Below, piece by piece: positions 24,036 through 33,714 of a DNA stretch of 38,414 bases. How positions within the stretch are numbered: the stretch's first letter is position 1; each line of letters begins with the position of its first letter. The position numbers and the translations under genes were made by a program. Source of the stretch: Candidatus Colicola faecequi (GTDB taxonomy: Bacteria > Bacteroidota > Bacteroidia > Bacteroidales > Paludibacteraceae); NCBI GenBank assembly GCA_018064985.1, contig JAGHUE010000133.1:1-38414 (forward strand), read 5' to 3'. The notes under the pieces were generated by a model that was given only the letters and a program-made list of their open reading frames with translations, ran no database searches and was not told the DNA's origin.

Positions 24036-26843
24036 ATGAAGAAATTCTTTATGAGCATCGCCCTGCTGGCAGCAGCCATCTTGGGCGCACAGGCACAAGG
24101 ATGGGAAAAAATCCCGGTAGATGAAAACGTACGCGTAGGTCATCTCGACAACGGCCTGACTTATTACATCCGCCACAACGAGCTGCCCAAACAGCGCGCT
24201 GAATTCCATATTGCACAGGCAGTAGGTGCCGTGCTGGAAGAAGACGACCAGAACGGTTTGGCTCACTTCCTGGAGCACATGTGCTTCAACGGCACGGAAC
24301 ATTTCCCGGGCAAGGGTATTATCAACTATTTCGAATCGGTAGGCGTGAACTTCGGCGGCAATATCAATGCATATACATCGATCGACAAAACCGTTTACCG
24401 CCTGTCGGAAGTGCCGACTTACCGCGAAGGCATCATTGACTCGGCGCTGCTGGTGATGCACGACTGGTCGTGTGCGGTTTCGCTCCTTCCGGAGGAAATC
24501 GACAACGAGCGCGGCGTAATCCGTGAGGAATGGCGCACGGGTGCAACGGCTGCCCGCCGCATGTACAAGGAATCCAACCGACTGATGTTCCCCGGAAGCC
24601 AGTATGCGAAGCGCGACGTGATCGGTGATACGGCCGTGATCAACAACTTCTCTTACGATGCCCTCCGCGCATACTACCACAAGTGGTACGGCCCTGACCT
24701 TCAGGCTATTATCGTAGTAGGCGATATCGACGTTGACCAGATCGAGGCAAAGATCAAAGCCCTTTGGGCTGATGTACCCGCCCGCAAAAACCGCGGCGAG
24801 CGCCCCTGGCATTCAGTAGCAGACAATGACGAGCCGATCGTAGCTATCGTACAGGATGCAGAAGCTCAGCAGAGCCGGATTCGCCTCATTTACAAGCACG
24901 ATCAGCTTCCGAAGGAAGCAATGGGCACCAACGCACAATACATCATGAACCTCATGAACTCGCTCATTGTCAGCATGATGGATGAACGATTCCAGGAAGA
25001 TGCAATGAAGGCAGACGCCAGCTTCCTGGGCGGCGGCACATATTACGGCGAACTCGTGAAACAGAAAGATGCATTCAACGGCATCGTTATCCCGAAAGAA
25101 GGTCAGGAACGTCATGCTTGGCATTATCTGCTCACCCAAATGGAGAAGATGCGTCGCTACGGATTCACCAGCGATGAGCTCGAGCGCGCCAAGACCGCAA
25201 TGCTCGCCAGCTACGAAAAGTCGTACAACGAGCGCAGCGCCACCCGCAACATCTCTTACGTAAACGAATACATCGGCAATTTCCTCGAGGATGAGGTAAT
25301 CCCGGGCATCGAATGGGAATACAACTTCGTAAAAACTGTTCTTCCGCAGCTCCCGGTAGGCGCCATCAATCAATATGCCGTACAGCTCGTTTCCGACAAG
25401 AATATCATCGTAAACATCCAGGCTCCGCTCAAAGAGACCGTAGACCTTCCGAGCGAAGAGCAAATCAAGAACGGCCTGGCAGGCATGGAACATCTTGACA
25501 TAGAGCGTCCGGTGGAGAAGGAAATCATCACCACACTCGTGGAGAAAGAGCCGAAAGCCGGCAAGGTGAAGAAACAGAAGCAGAACAGCGTAATGGGTAC
25601 GACCGAATGGACATTGAAGAACGGCGTGAAAGTGATTTTCAAGCCGACGCAGTTCAAGCAGGATGAGATCCTCATGGAAGGCTTCTCCAACGGCGGTCTC
25701 TCGCTCGTCAAGACCGAAGACCTCCCGTCGGCAACTCTCGCTACGGACATCATCGAATACAGCGGCCTCGGCCAGTTCAGCATTACCGACCTGCAGAAGG
25801 CCCTGACCGGTAAGGTCGTTTCGATCAGCCCGTCGATCAGTCAGTATTCCGAGAGCCTCAGCGGCTCCAGCAGCGTAAAGGATTTCGAGACGCTCCTGCA
25901 GCTCAACTACCTCTATTTCACCGCTCTGCGCAAAGATGACGAAGCTTATCAGACGCTCATGGGTATGCTCGACCAGCAGCTCCTCAACAAGGAGAAGAAC
26001 CCGAAGGCCATCTGGTCGGACTCTGTCCGCATGATGACCGGCGACTATTCCGACCGCATCGTGATGATCAACAAGGAGACCATGGCCAAAGTCAACCAGG
26101 ACAAGGCCATCAGCATCTTCAAGGAGCGCTTCCAGAATCCTCGAGACTTCGTGTACACCTTCACCGGCAACATCGATCCGACCGACCCGCAGACCAAGGC
26201 CCTCATCCAGAAGTGGCTTGGCGGCCTGAAGACCAAGCGCGGCAACGAAAGCTGGAAAGACAACGGCATCCGTGCTCCGAAGGGCGAGAAGAAGAACTAT
26301 TTCACCCGCGACATGCAGATCAAGACGGCCAGCAACCGAATCCAGTTCTCTTCTTACGACATCCCGTATACCCTTGAGAACGAGCTCAATATGGAGATGA
26401 TCGGCCGCATTCTGTCTACCCGTTACCTCGAATCTATCCGCGAACGCGAAGGCGGTTCGTACGGCGTAGGTTGCGGCGGCTGGATGGGCAAGAAGCCTGT
26501 GGAAAGCGCAACGCTCGTCATGCAGTTTGACACCGATCCGGAGAAGCAGGCTCGCCTCATCCAGATTATCTACGATGAAGTGAACGAGATCATTGCCAAC
26601 GGTCCGCTCGCATCCGACCTCCAGAAGGAGAAAGAATCGATGCTGAAGGACTTCAAGGAAGACGTGGAGAAGAACAGCTGGTGGCACAGCGAGGCGCTGC
26701 CCAACTACTACCGCCTCGGCATCGATCTGCTCAACAACTACGAAGCTGCCGTCAACGCCATCACGGCTGAAAGCGTGCAGAAACTCCTCAAGAAACTCGT
26801 AGAGAGTGGCAACGTCTTCGAAGTAGTAATGCTTCCGGAATAA
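24036..26843 (+). CDS. M16 (pitrilysin/insulinase) family zinc peptidase, double-domain and secreted
   Basis: A signal peptide is present. The inverted zinc motif is HFLEHMCFNGTEHF (HxxEH). The 935-aa length fits fused active and inactive M16 halves. Confidence 0.9.
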   Translation: MKKFFMSIALLAAAILGAQAQGWEKIPVDENVRVGHLDNGLTYYIRHNELPKQRAEFHIAQAVGAVLEEDDQNGLAHFLEHMCFNGTEHFPGKGIINYFESVGVNFGGNINAYTSIDKTVYRLSEVPTYREGIIDSALLVMHDWSCAVSLLPEEIDNERGVIREEWRTGATAARRMYKESNRLMFPGSQYAKRDVIGDTAVINNFSYDALRAYYHKWYGPDLQAIIVVGDIDVDQIEAKIKALWADVPARKNRGERPWHSVADNDEPIVAIVQDAEAQQSRIRLIYKHDQLPKEAMGTNAQYIMNLMNSLIVSMMDERFQEDAMKADASFLGGGTYYGELVKQKDAFNGIVIPKEGQERHAWHYLLTQMEKMRRYGFTSDELERAKTAMLASYEKSYNERSATRNISYVNEYIGNFLEDEVIPGIEWEYNFVKTVLPQLPVGAINQYAVQLVSDKNIIVNIQAPLKETVDLPSEEQIKNGLAGMEHLDIERPVEKEIITTLVEKEPKAGKVKKQKQNSVMGTTEWTLKNGVKVIFKPTQFKQDEILMEGFSNGGLSLVKTEDLPSATLATDIIEYSGLGQFSITDLQKALTGKVVSISPSISQYSESLSGSSSVKDFETLLQLNYLYFTALRKDDEAYQTLMGMLDQQLLNKEKNPKAIWSDSVRMMTGDYSDRIVMINKETMAKVNQDKAISIFKERFQNPRDFVYTFTGNIDPTDPQTKALIQKWLGGLKTKRGNESWKDNGIRAPKGEKKNYFTRDMQIKTASNRIQFSSYDIPYTLENELNMEMIGRILSTRYLESIREREGGSYGVGCGGWMGKKPVESATLVMQFDTDPEKQARLIQIIYDEVNEIIANGPLASDLQKEKESMLKDFKEDVEKNSWWHSEALPNYYRLGIDLLNNYEAAVNAITAESVQKLLKKLVESGNVFEVVMLPE

Positions 26844-26853
26844 GGATTTTTTC

Positions 26854-26896
26854 AAGTCGCATCCGGAGGGACCTTCATACTACTTCCATGCGACTT
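26854..26896. repeat. Inverted pair of the AAGTCGCAT word
   Basis: AAGTCGCAT at 26854-26862 pairs with ATGCGACTT at 26888-26896. The 25-nt loop contains the ACTTCCAT word that is also present at 898-905 and 6499-6506. Confidence 0.6.
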
Positions 26897-26918
26897 TTCA
26901 ACAACCAAAAATGAAATC

Positions 26919-29900
26919 ATGACCAAGCGAACATTCGCCCTTATTACACTGCTGCTTTGCCTGTTGGGCTCACTCCGGGCTCAAGAGGCGAAGCAGCACA
27001 GCATCCATCATTACTCATCGGTTGACGGGCTCAGCCAGAACACAGTAATGGCTATCCTGCAAGATGCCGACGGCTTTATGTGGTTCGGCACGTGGGACGG
27101 ACTCAACCGCTTTGACGGACATGATTTCAAGACCTACAAGCCGGCTGTTTCGGGCAGTCATATCGCCCAGAACCGTGTGGATTATCTCTATGAAGACAGT
27201 CTGCATTTTATCTGGATCAACACGTACGACGGTGCTTTTTACCGCCTCAACAAACACACCGACAACATCCTCGCCACCGATATCCGCGAGGTACGGTTCG
27301 ACCGCCGCCAGGCCGACCAGCCTAAGATTCTCGAGCAGCGCAAGGGCGTCATTTGGCTCGCCGGTGACAAGCAGTTGCTCCGTGTTCTGGAGCGCACAGG
27401 GCAATACTCCGACGACACGGACCGCCGCTCTTACACCCTTGATGGCGGAATCAACTGCCTGATAGCCGACGATGAAGAATGCGTGTGGGCAGGCACGGAG
27501 GCAGGCCTTACCCGCATCGGGGATACCGGACAAAAGACTTTCAAACCGGGTGTCAGCAACGAAGAGAACCGCATCACTACAGCCGTCCGCCAAGGCGGCA
27601 ATATATGGTTCGGCACCGAGAGCGGTGTGATATGGCGCTGCAATGCCGAAAAGGAGCAGTTCGAGCGCGCCAGACTCAATCTGCACAGCGCCATTCATTG
27701 CATCACTCCCGTGCAAGATCGCTTTCTGGCCATTTGTACGGAAGACAACGGATTCGTGCTTTACGACATCCGCACCGGCCTCAGTTTCCGCTATTCCACG
27801 GGCACCTGCAAGGAGCTCCACAGTAACCGTTTTCTCACCGCTTATGTGGACAAGCTGGGGCACATCTGGCTCATCAACGAAGAGCCGGGCGTAGTTCATT
27901 ACATTCCCCGAACCGAGCACCTCGAACGTCTGCTCAGCCCGGTGGACAGCCGCTACAAGAATCTGCAGGACTACAACCGCCTTTTCCTGGAGGACCGGGC
28001 CGGCAACCTGTGGGTGAACGCTTACGGTGGCGGCTTCGCGCGCTATAACCGCGAAGAGAACCGGCTCGAGACTCCTTACAGCGGCATTTCCAACATCGTC
28101 CACACAGCTTATCTCGACAACCGCTCCAACCTCTGGGTCGGCTCATTCGACTACGGCGTGGATTGTATCTCGGAGAAAGAGCAGAATTTCCGCATGTACG
28201 ACCTCCACAAAGAGGGCGACGAAGCCGCAGAAGTGCGTGCCATTATCCAGCTCCGTTCGGGCAACGTGCTCGCAGCCTCGAAAGAAGGCGTTGTCCGCCG
28301 CTACTCTTCCGAAGGCAAACTTCTGGAGAAGCAGAACTGCGGAAGACGCGTTTACACCATGCTCGAAGAAGCCAACGGCAACGTGCTCTACGGAACAAAA
28401 GGCAACGGCATCTTTACCCTCGACGGCAAGCGCATCGAAGAGATCCGACACACCGATGATCCGTATTCTCTCCTTTCCGACAACATCTACGACCTCGCTT
28501 TCGGGGTTGACTCCAGCCTCTACGTAGCCACCTACGGCGGAGGTGTGAACATCTGCCGCAACGGCCGCTTCATCCATCAGGGCAACGATTGGAAGAATTA
28601 TCCCGACTTCGGGCTCCGGGTTCGACAGCTCTGCTTTGTCAACGACACCATTCTCTGGGCCGCCACCACCAACGGCCTCCTGCGCATCAACACCCGCACT
28701 CTGCAGACGCAGGAAACGCCCTATTTCGACGTTCGGGCCCTTTGCAAGACACCCGACGGTCACATGTGGATCGGCAGTTTCGGCGGCGGACTTATCGAAG
28801 TGTTCGACCCGCAACTTTCCGACGTGCTCTCGCCGGCCAACACCCGCTTCTATACCACGGATCAGGGCCTCGGCTCGGATATCGTCCTCTCCATTGTGGG
28901 CGATGACAACGGAATGGTCTGGGTGATTGATGAGAACTCCATAAGTTACCTCGACTGCGAATCGCACCATTTCCAGCACTACGATGCGCTCCATGCCGAA
29001 GACAAAGCGCTTTTCGGTGAAGCCAAGGGAAGCTTGATTCTGAACGGCAGCCTCGTTTTCGGATGCAGCAACGGCTTCTGCGCATTCTCCACCGACCGTG
29101 TCTTCGAGCAGGCCGACGGACCGGACATCCGCTTCACCGGATTCCTCGTGATGAACCAGCCCGCAGAGATAGGCGGTCCAATCAAAGACAATATCTGCTA
29201 CTGCCCGGAGATCCGCCTGAAGCACTCCGAATCGGTTTTCACCATCGAATATGCCGCCATCGACTACGCGGCTCCCGAGCGCATTCTTTACGCGTACCGC
29301 CTGGAGGGGATAGACAAGGGATGGAACTACGTGCAGCATGAGCGACGAGTGACGTACAGCAAGCTGCCGGCCGGCGATTACACGTTCCACGTGCGCTCCA
29401 CCAATGCGAACGGCATCTGGTGCGACAATGAGCAGACCATCAAGATCCACGTGGCACCCTCGTTCTGGGCGACCCCTTGGGCCTTTATGATTTATTTCCT
29501 CGTTCTGCTCATCATCATCTATTCCGCCTATTCGAGCATCTCAACAGCCAGCGCCCTCCGTCAGGAGATGGAAGTAGAACAGAAAGTGACGGACATCAAG
29601 CTGCGCTTCTTCACGAATATCAGCCACGAGCTGCGCACCCCGCTCACGCTCATTACCGGTCCGGTAGAGACCGTTCTGCGCTCGGGAGAGATTTCTCCCA
29701 ACGTGCGCACCCAACTCGAGATTGTGCAGAGCAATGCCGGCCGCATGCTCCGACTCATCAACTCGATTCTCGATTTCCGCAAGATACAGAACAACCAGAT
29801 GCAGCTCCGTATCCAGCATGCCGATGTAGCTTCGCTCGCAGAGCTGACCTTCGGCAACTTCCGCAAAGAGGCAGTAGACAAACATATCGAGTTCCGCTTC

Positions 29901-31154
29901 GAAAACGAGATGACGGACCGCATGGCCTGGGTGGACAAAGAGAAGCTCGACACCATCATTTACAACCTCCTTTCGAACGCGTTCAAATTTACCCCTGCCG
30001 GCAAGAGCATCACGCTCCGCACCAAAGAGACGCCCGACTACATCATCATCGAGGTGAGCGATACGGGCATCGGTATACCGCAGGAGAAGCGCTCCGTGCT
30101 TTTCCAGCGTTTCGCGAGCCACAACGAGATCAACGCATCGGAAGAGAAGACGGGTACGGGCATCGGCCTCAACCTCGTAAAGGAGATGGTAGACCTGCAG
30201 AAAGGCTACATCGAAGTGATTTCCGAAGTAGGCCAAGGTACAACTTTCAGCGTACAACTGCTTCGCGACAAAGAGCACTTCGGACCGGATGCCATCACTA
30301 TCGTGGATGATCGTCAGGCCGCAGAAGCCGAGCCGCAGGAAGAGACGGAAGCGCCCGTACAGGAGGAGATGTCGGAAAAGAAGAACCTGCTGGCTGTGGA
30401 TGACAACACGGACATGCGCACTTTCCTCCACAGCATTCTGGCCGACGATTACAACATCTTCACGGCAGGCGACGGACAGGAAGCATTCGCCATCGCCAAA
30501 CAGCATGACTTCGACCTGATCATTACCGACCTGATGATGCCGAACGTAGACGGTCTGGAGCTCACGGAGATGCTCAAAAGCGACATGAGTACGTCGCATG
30601 TGCCCGTGATTCTCCTCACGGCCAAATCGGCCATCGAATCGCGCCTGCAGGCCCTGGAATATGGCGCTGACGACTACATCACCAAGCCATTCTCGCCCGA
30701 GTATCTGCTCGCCCGCATCGACAATATCATCCGCCAACGCGAACGCCTTCAGGCCACTTACCGCACTGCGCTGATGAAACCCGAAGAGCCTGCCGCTCCG
30801 GAGGAACCGAAGCAACTCTCGCCCAACGAGATTTTCCTCCAGAAGCTCTATCAGTTCATGGTGGACAACATGGACAACAACGAGCTCTCGGTAGACGACC
30901 TGGTAAAAGAGATGGCGCTCGGCCGCACGGTATTCTTCAACAAACTGAAGGGTCTGACCGGTCTGTCGCCCGTGGAATACATCCGCGATATCCGAATCAA
31001 ACATGCCGCCCAGCTGCTGCTCGACGGCCAGTACAACATCACCGAGGTGACCTACATGGTAGGCATGAACGACTCCCGCTATTTCGCCAAGTGCTTCAAG
31101 CAGGCCTATGGCCTCACCCCGACCGAATATATCCGCCAACATGCAAAGCAATAG
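26919..31154 (+). CDS. Hybrid two-component system regulator (periplasmic beta-propeller sensor, HisKA/HATPase, receiver, AraC HTH)
   Basis: The signal is followed by repeated W.GT..GL propeller motifs. The H-box is FFTNISHELRTPLTLI and the ATPase region is GTGIGLNLVKEMV. The receiver region is LLAVDDN...DLIITDLMMP. The C-terminal AraC HTH is YFAKCFKQAYGLTPTEY. Confidence 0.9.
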   Translation: MTKRTFALITLLLCLLGSLRAQEAKQHSIHHYSSVDGLSQNTVMAILQDADGFMWFGTWDGLNRFDGHDFKTYKPAVSGSHIAQNRVDYLYEDSLHFIWINTYDGAFYRLNKHTDNILATDIREVRFDRRQADQPKILEQRKGVIWLAGDKQLLRVLERTGQYSDDTDRRSYTLDGGINCLIADDEECVWAGTEAGLTRIGDTGQKTFKPGVSNEENRITTAVRQGGNIWFGTESGVIWRCNAEKEQFERARLNLHSAIHCITPVQDRFLAICTEDNGFVLYDIRTGLSFRYSTGTCKELHSNRFLTAYVDKLGHIWLINEEPGVVHYIPRTEHLERLLSPVDSRYKNLQDYNRLFLEDRAGNLWVNAYGGGFARYNREENRLETPYSGISNIVHTAYLDNRSNLWVGSFDYGVDCISEKEQNFRMYDLHKEGDEAAEVRAIIQLRSGNVLAASKEGVVRRYSSEGKLLEKQNCGRRVYTMLEEANGNVLYGTKGNGIFTLDGKRIEEIRHTDDPYSLLSDNIYDLAFGVDSSLYVATYGGGVNICRNGRFIHQGNDWKNYPDFGLRVRQLCFVNDTILWAATTNGLLRINTRTLQTQETPYFDVRALCKTPDGHMWIGSFGGGLIEVFDPQLSDVLSPANTRFYTTDQGLGSDIVLSIVGDDNGMVWVIDENSISYLDCESHHFQHYDALHAEDKALFGEAKGSLILNGSLVFGCSNGFCAFSTDRVFEQADGPDIRFTGFLVMNQPAEIGGPIKDNICYCPEIRLKHSESVFTIEYAAIDYAAPERILYAYRLEGIDKGWNYVQHERRVTYSKLPAGDYTFHVRSTNANGIWCDNEQTIKIHVAPSFWATPWAFMIYFLVLLIIIYSAYSSISTASALRQEMEVEQKVTDIKLRFFTNISHELRTPLTLITGPVETVLRSGEISPNVRTQLEIVQSNAGRMLRLINSILDFRKIQNNQMQLRIQHADVASLAELTFGNFRKEAVDKHIEFRFENEMTDRMAWVDKEKLDTIIYNLLSNAFKFTPAGKSITLRTKETPDYIIIEVSDTGIGIPQEKRSVLFQRFASHNEINASEEKTGTGIGLNLVKEMVDLQKGYIEVISEVGQGTTFSVQLLRDKEHFGPDAITIVDDRQAAEAEPQEETEAPVQEEMSEKKNLLAVDDNTDMRTFLHSILADDYNIFTAGDGQEAFAIAKQHDFDLIITDLMMPNVDGLELTEMLKSDMSTSHVPVILLTAKSAIESRLQALEYGADDYITKPFSPEYLLARIDNIIRQRERLQATYRTALMKPEEPAAPEEPKQLSPNEIFLQKLYQFMVDNMDNNELSVDDLVKEMALGRTVFFNKLKGLTGLSPVEYIRDIRIKHAAQLLLDGQYNITEVTYMVGMNDSRYFAKCFKQAYGLTPTEYIRQHAKQ

Positions 31155-31674
31155 TCGCATCAAAGTCGCATCAAAGTCGCTTCTGCTCATCTGCCTCGTG
31201 CTCATGGGTTGCCATCGCGTAAAGCCGCAGGCTCCGGCCAACCAACAGACGGCCGACGAGCTCACCGATGAAGCTCAGATGATCAATCTCCGTCTGGCCG
31301 ATGCGGCCGATCAGGCCATCACCGAATGGGTAAGCCGGGCCGACACGGCCTTCGTTCATGAAGACTACGGCTACTGGTTTACCATCCGCCACGGTCAACC
31401 GGCCGACACCATCCATGAGCAGGACCGCGTAGAGATTTTCTACAGAACCACCACCCTCTCGGGCGAACTCATAGAGGACGTGCAGCAGGAGCTGACCGTA
31501 GGCAAACGCGAATCGCTGTGGGCCATCGACCATGTACTCCCGCTCATGGCAGAAACCGACCGGGCCATCATCGCCAGCCCCTACTACACGGCCTACGGGC
31601 GGGACGGCAATGAGCGAGTGGAACCCCTCACCAACTGCATCATCGAAATCAACTCCGTAAGGATCATCCGTTAA
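31141..31674 (+). CDS. FKBP-like (GldI-like) lipoprotein
   Basis: The start was set to ATG 31141, giving MQSNSRIKVASKSLLLICLVLMGC with an LMGC lipobox. The body fits a degenerate FKBP pattern (V.IFY..TTLSGELIED......TVGK....AIDHVLPLM......IASPYYTAYG). It overlaps the regulator stop by 14 nt. Confidence 0.6.
   Translation: MQSNSRIKVASKSLLLICLVLMGCHRVKPQAPANQQTADELTDEAQMINLRLADAADQAITEWVSRADTAFVHEDYGYWFTIRHGQPADTIHEQDRVEIFYRTTTLSGELIEDVQQELTVGKRESLWAIDHVLPLMAETDRAIIASPYYTAYGRDGNERVEPLTNCIIEINSVRIIR
31150..31182. repeat. 33-bp three-unit 11-mer module spanning a stop/start junction
   Basis: The reading is AATAGTCGCAT CAAAGTCGCAT CAAAGTCGCTT. The TAG in unit 1 is the regulator's stop codon. The module encodes NSRIKVASKSL of the downstream signal peptide. 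Confidence 0.85.
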
Positions 31675-31695
31675 ACAGAAATATATATCATCAAA

Positions 31696-32229
31696 ATGAA
31701 ACGCATAGTTCTCTTTATCTTCAGCGCCGCAGCTCTCGTGATGCTGGGCAGCTGCAACCGCTCCGCCACGTCGTACGCCAACCAGCTCAAGGCGGAGAAG
31801 AAGCTCATCGAGCAGTACATCAAGCACAACAACATCGTGATAATCCACGAGGAGCCGGCCTACGACGAATGGAAGGAAAACGAATATCTCGAGCTGGCCG
31901 ACTACTGCTATTTTCATCTGACGCAGCAAGGCGACACCACCACAGATGCCATCACGGCCAACGACAACCTCAATGTGCGCTACCGCCAGTACACGCTGGT
32001 AGAGAATGCCGACACGCTGTCGTATTGGAACACCAACGAGGCCCCGTATCCGATGGAATATACGCTCGCGACCGTCTATCGCGCCTGCGAGGGTTGGTAT
32101 TACGCGCTGCTCCGCATGAAGTATACCGGCGCAGAGGGCAAGCTTATCTGCCCGAGCAAACTCGGTCCGAGCAGCAAAGACGTGATCCCTTACGGCTACG
32201 ACCTGAAGCTCCAGGTTCGCCGCTTTTAA
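31696..32229 (+). CDS. Lipoprotein of unknown function (DUF4827-like, assigned from memory)
   Basis: A lipobox (VMLGSC) is present and the coding statistics are consistent. The position upstream of glmM is conserved in Bacteroidales as far as I recall. Confidence 0.65.
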   Translation: MKRIVLFIFSAAALVMLGSCNRSATSYANQLKAEKKLIEQYIKHNNIVIIHEEPAYDEWKENEYLELADYCYFHLTQQGDTTTDAITANDNLNVRYRQYTLVENADTLSYWNTNEAPYPMEYTLATVYRACEGWYYALLRMKYTGAEGKLICPSKLGPSSKDVIPYGYDLKLQVRRF

Positions 32230-32283
32230 TCAGCTAATCCCCGACAAATACCTGCATAATTTCAATCTAAAAATCTTATTGTT

Positions 32284-33669
32284 ATGTCACTTGTCAAATC
32301 TATTTCCGGCATTCGCGGCACCATCGGCGGTCGCGTAGGCGACGGCCTCAACCCCGTCGACATCGTGCGTTTCACCGCAGCTTATGCCACCCAACGCCGC
32401 CGCATGCTTCCGGAAAACAACGTAATCGTAGTGGGCCGCGACGCCCGTATCTCCGGAGAGATGGTAGATCTGCTCGTAACCGGTACGCTTATCGGTATGG
32501 GCTATGATGTAGTCAACATCGGTATGGCCTCCACTCCGACAACCGAACTTGCCGTAATCGGCGAGAAGGCAGCCGGTGGCATCATCCTTACCGCTTCGCA
32601 CAACCCGAAGCAGTGGAATGCGCTCAAGCTCCTCAATCAGCGCGGCATGTTCCTCACTGATGCGGAAGGCAAGGAAGTGCTCGCTATCGCAGAGCGCGAA
32701 GACTTCACTTTCGCCGGCGTAGATGAACTCGGCCACGTAAGCGAGAAAGACTATCTGCCGTATCATATCGACAACGTGCTCGGTCTGAAGCTCGTGGACA
32801 AAGCCGCTATCGAAGCCGCCAATTTCACCGTGGCAATCGACTGCGTGAACTCGATCGGCGGTGTAGCCATCCCGGCTATCCTGCGCGCTCTCGGCGTAAA
32901 GAACATCATCGAACTCAACTGCACTCCCAACGGCCATTTCCCGCACAACCCCGAACCGCTTCCGGAGAACCTCACGGAGATAGCCGGTGTGCTGAAAGAA
33001 GGCAAGGCTGATGTAGGTTTCGTGGTGGATCCGGACGTAGACCGATTGGCACTGGTATGCGAAAACGGCGAGATGTTCGTAGAAGAATACACGCTGGTGG
33101 CCGTAGCAGACTACGTATTGAGCCACACTCCGGGCTGCACCGTAAGCAACCTGTCGTCGAGCCGCGCCCTGAAGGACGTGACCGAAGCTCACGGCTGCAC
33201 GTACAGTTCGTCGAAGGTAGGCGAAGTAAACGTAACGACCGAGATGGAGCGCGTAGGCGCTGTGATCGGCGGCGAAGGCAACGGCGGCGTCATCTATCCG
33301 GAATCGCACTACGGCCGCGACGCATTGGTAGGCATCGCCCTCTTCCTCTCTCACCTGGCACACAAGAAATGCAAGGTGTCGGAACTGCGCGCTACCTATC
33401 CGCCTTACTTCATCTCGAAGAACAAGATCGAGCTCACTCCGGAGCTTGACGTCGACGCTATCCTTACCGCAATAAAGGGCATCTACAAGATGTATGATAT
33501 CGACGACCGCGACGGCGTGAAGATCAATTTCCCGCAGGGATGGGTATTGCTCCGCAAGTCGAATACGGAACCGATTATCCGCGTTTACTCAGAAGCTCCC
33601 ACGATGGAGCAGGCAGAGAAGTTCGCCCAGGCTATCATTGCTGAAATCAAGCGCTTGAGCGGCAAATAA
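32284..33669 (+). CDS. glmM: Phosphoglucosamine mutase (alpha-D-phosphohexomutase family)
   Basis: The active-site loop is ILTASHNPKQWNALKL and the metal-binding loop is GFVVDPDVDRL. GGEGNGG is also present. Confidence 0.88.
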   Translation: MSLVKSISGIRGTIGGRVGDGLNPVDIVRFTAAYATQRRRMLPENNVIVVGRDARISGEMVDLLVTGTLIGMGYDVVNIGMASTPTTELAVIGEKAAGGIILTASHNPKQWNALKLLNQRGMFLTDAEGKEVLAIAEREDFTFAGVDELGHVSEKDYLPYHIDNVLGLKLVDKAAIEAANFTVAIDCVNSIGGVAIPAILRALGVKNIIELNCTPNGHFPHNPEPLPENLTEIAGVLKEGKADVGFVVDPDVDRLALVCENGEMFVEEYTLVAVADYVLSHTPGCTVSNLSSSRALKDVTEAHGCTYSSSKVGEVNVTTEMERVGAVIGGEGNGGVIYPESHYGRDALVGIALFLSHLAHKKCKVSELRATYPPYFISKNKIELTPELDVDAILTAIKGIYKMYDIDDRDGVKINFPQGWVLLRKSNTEPIIRVYSEAPTMEQAEKFAQAIIAEIKRLSGK

Positions 33670-33678
33670 CAACACAGC

Positions 33679-33702
33679 GCCCGGCCCCTCCGGGGACCGG
33701 GC
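33679..33702 (+). terminator. GC-rich hairpin after glmM, with no U-tract
   Basis: GCCCGGCCCC-UCC-GGGGACCGGGC forms 10 bp with one bulged A. Confidence 0.4.
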
Positions 33703-33714
33703 ACACTACTGACA

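Noticed and set aside
22956-26855. Two long minus-strand ORFs (618 aa and 680 aa) opposite ftsH and the M16 peptidase.
   Set aside because: Both are antisense shadows of genes with Walker/HEAGH and HxxEH motifs respectively. Neither has a promoter or terminator context.
29541-31265. A 574-aa minus-strand ORF opposite the C-terminal half of the two-component regulator. The same applies to 27015-28103 and 28143-29450.
   Set aside because: These are antisense shadow ORFs with no recognisable domains.
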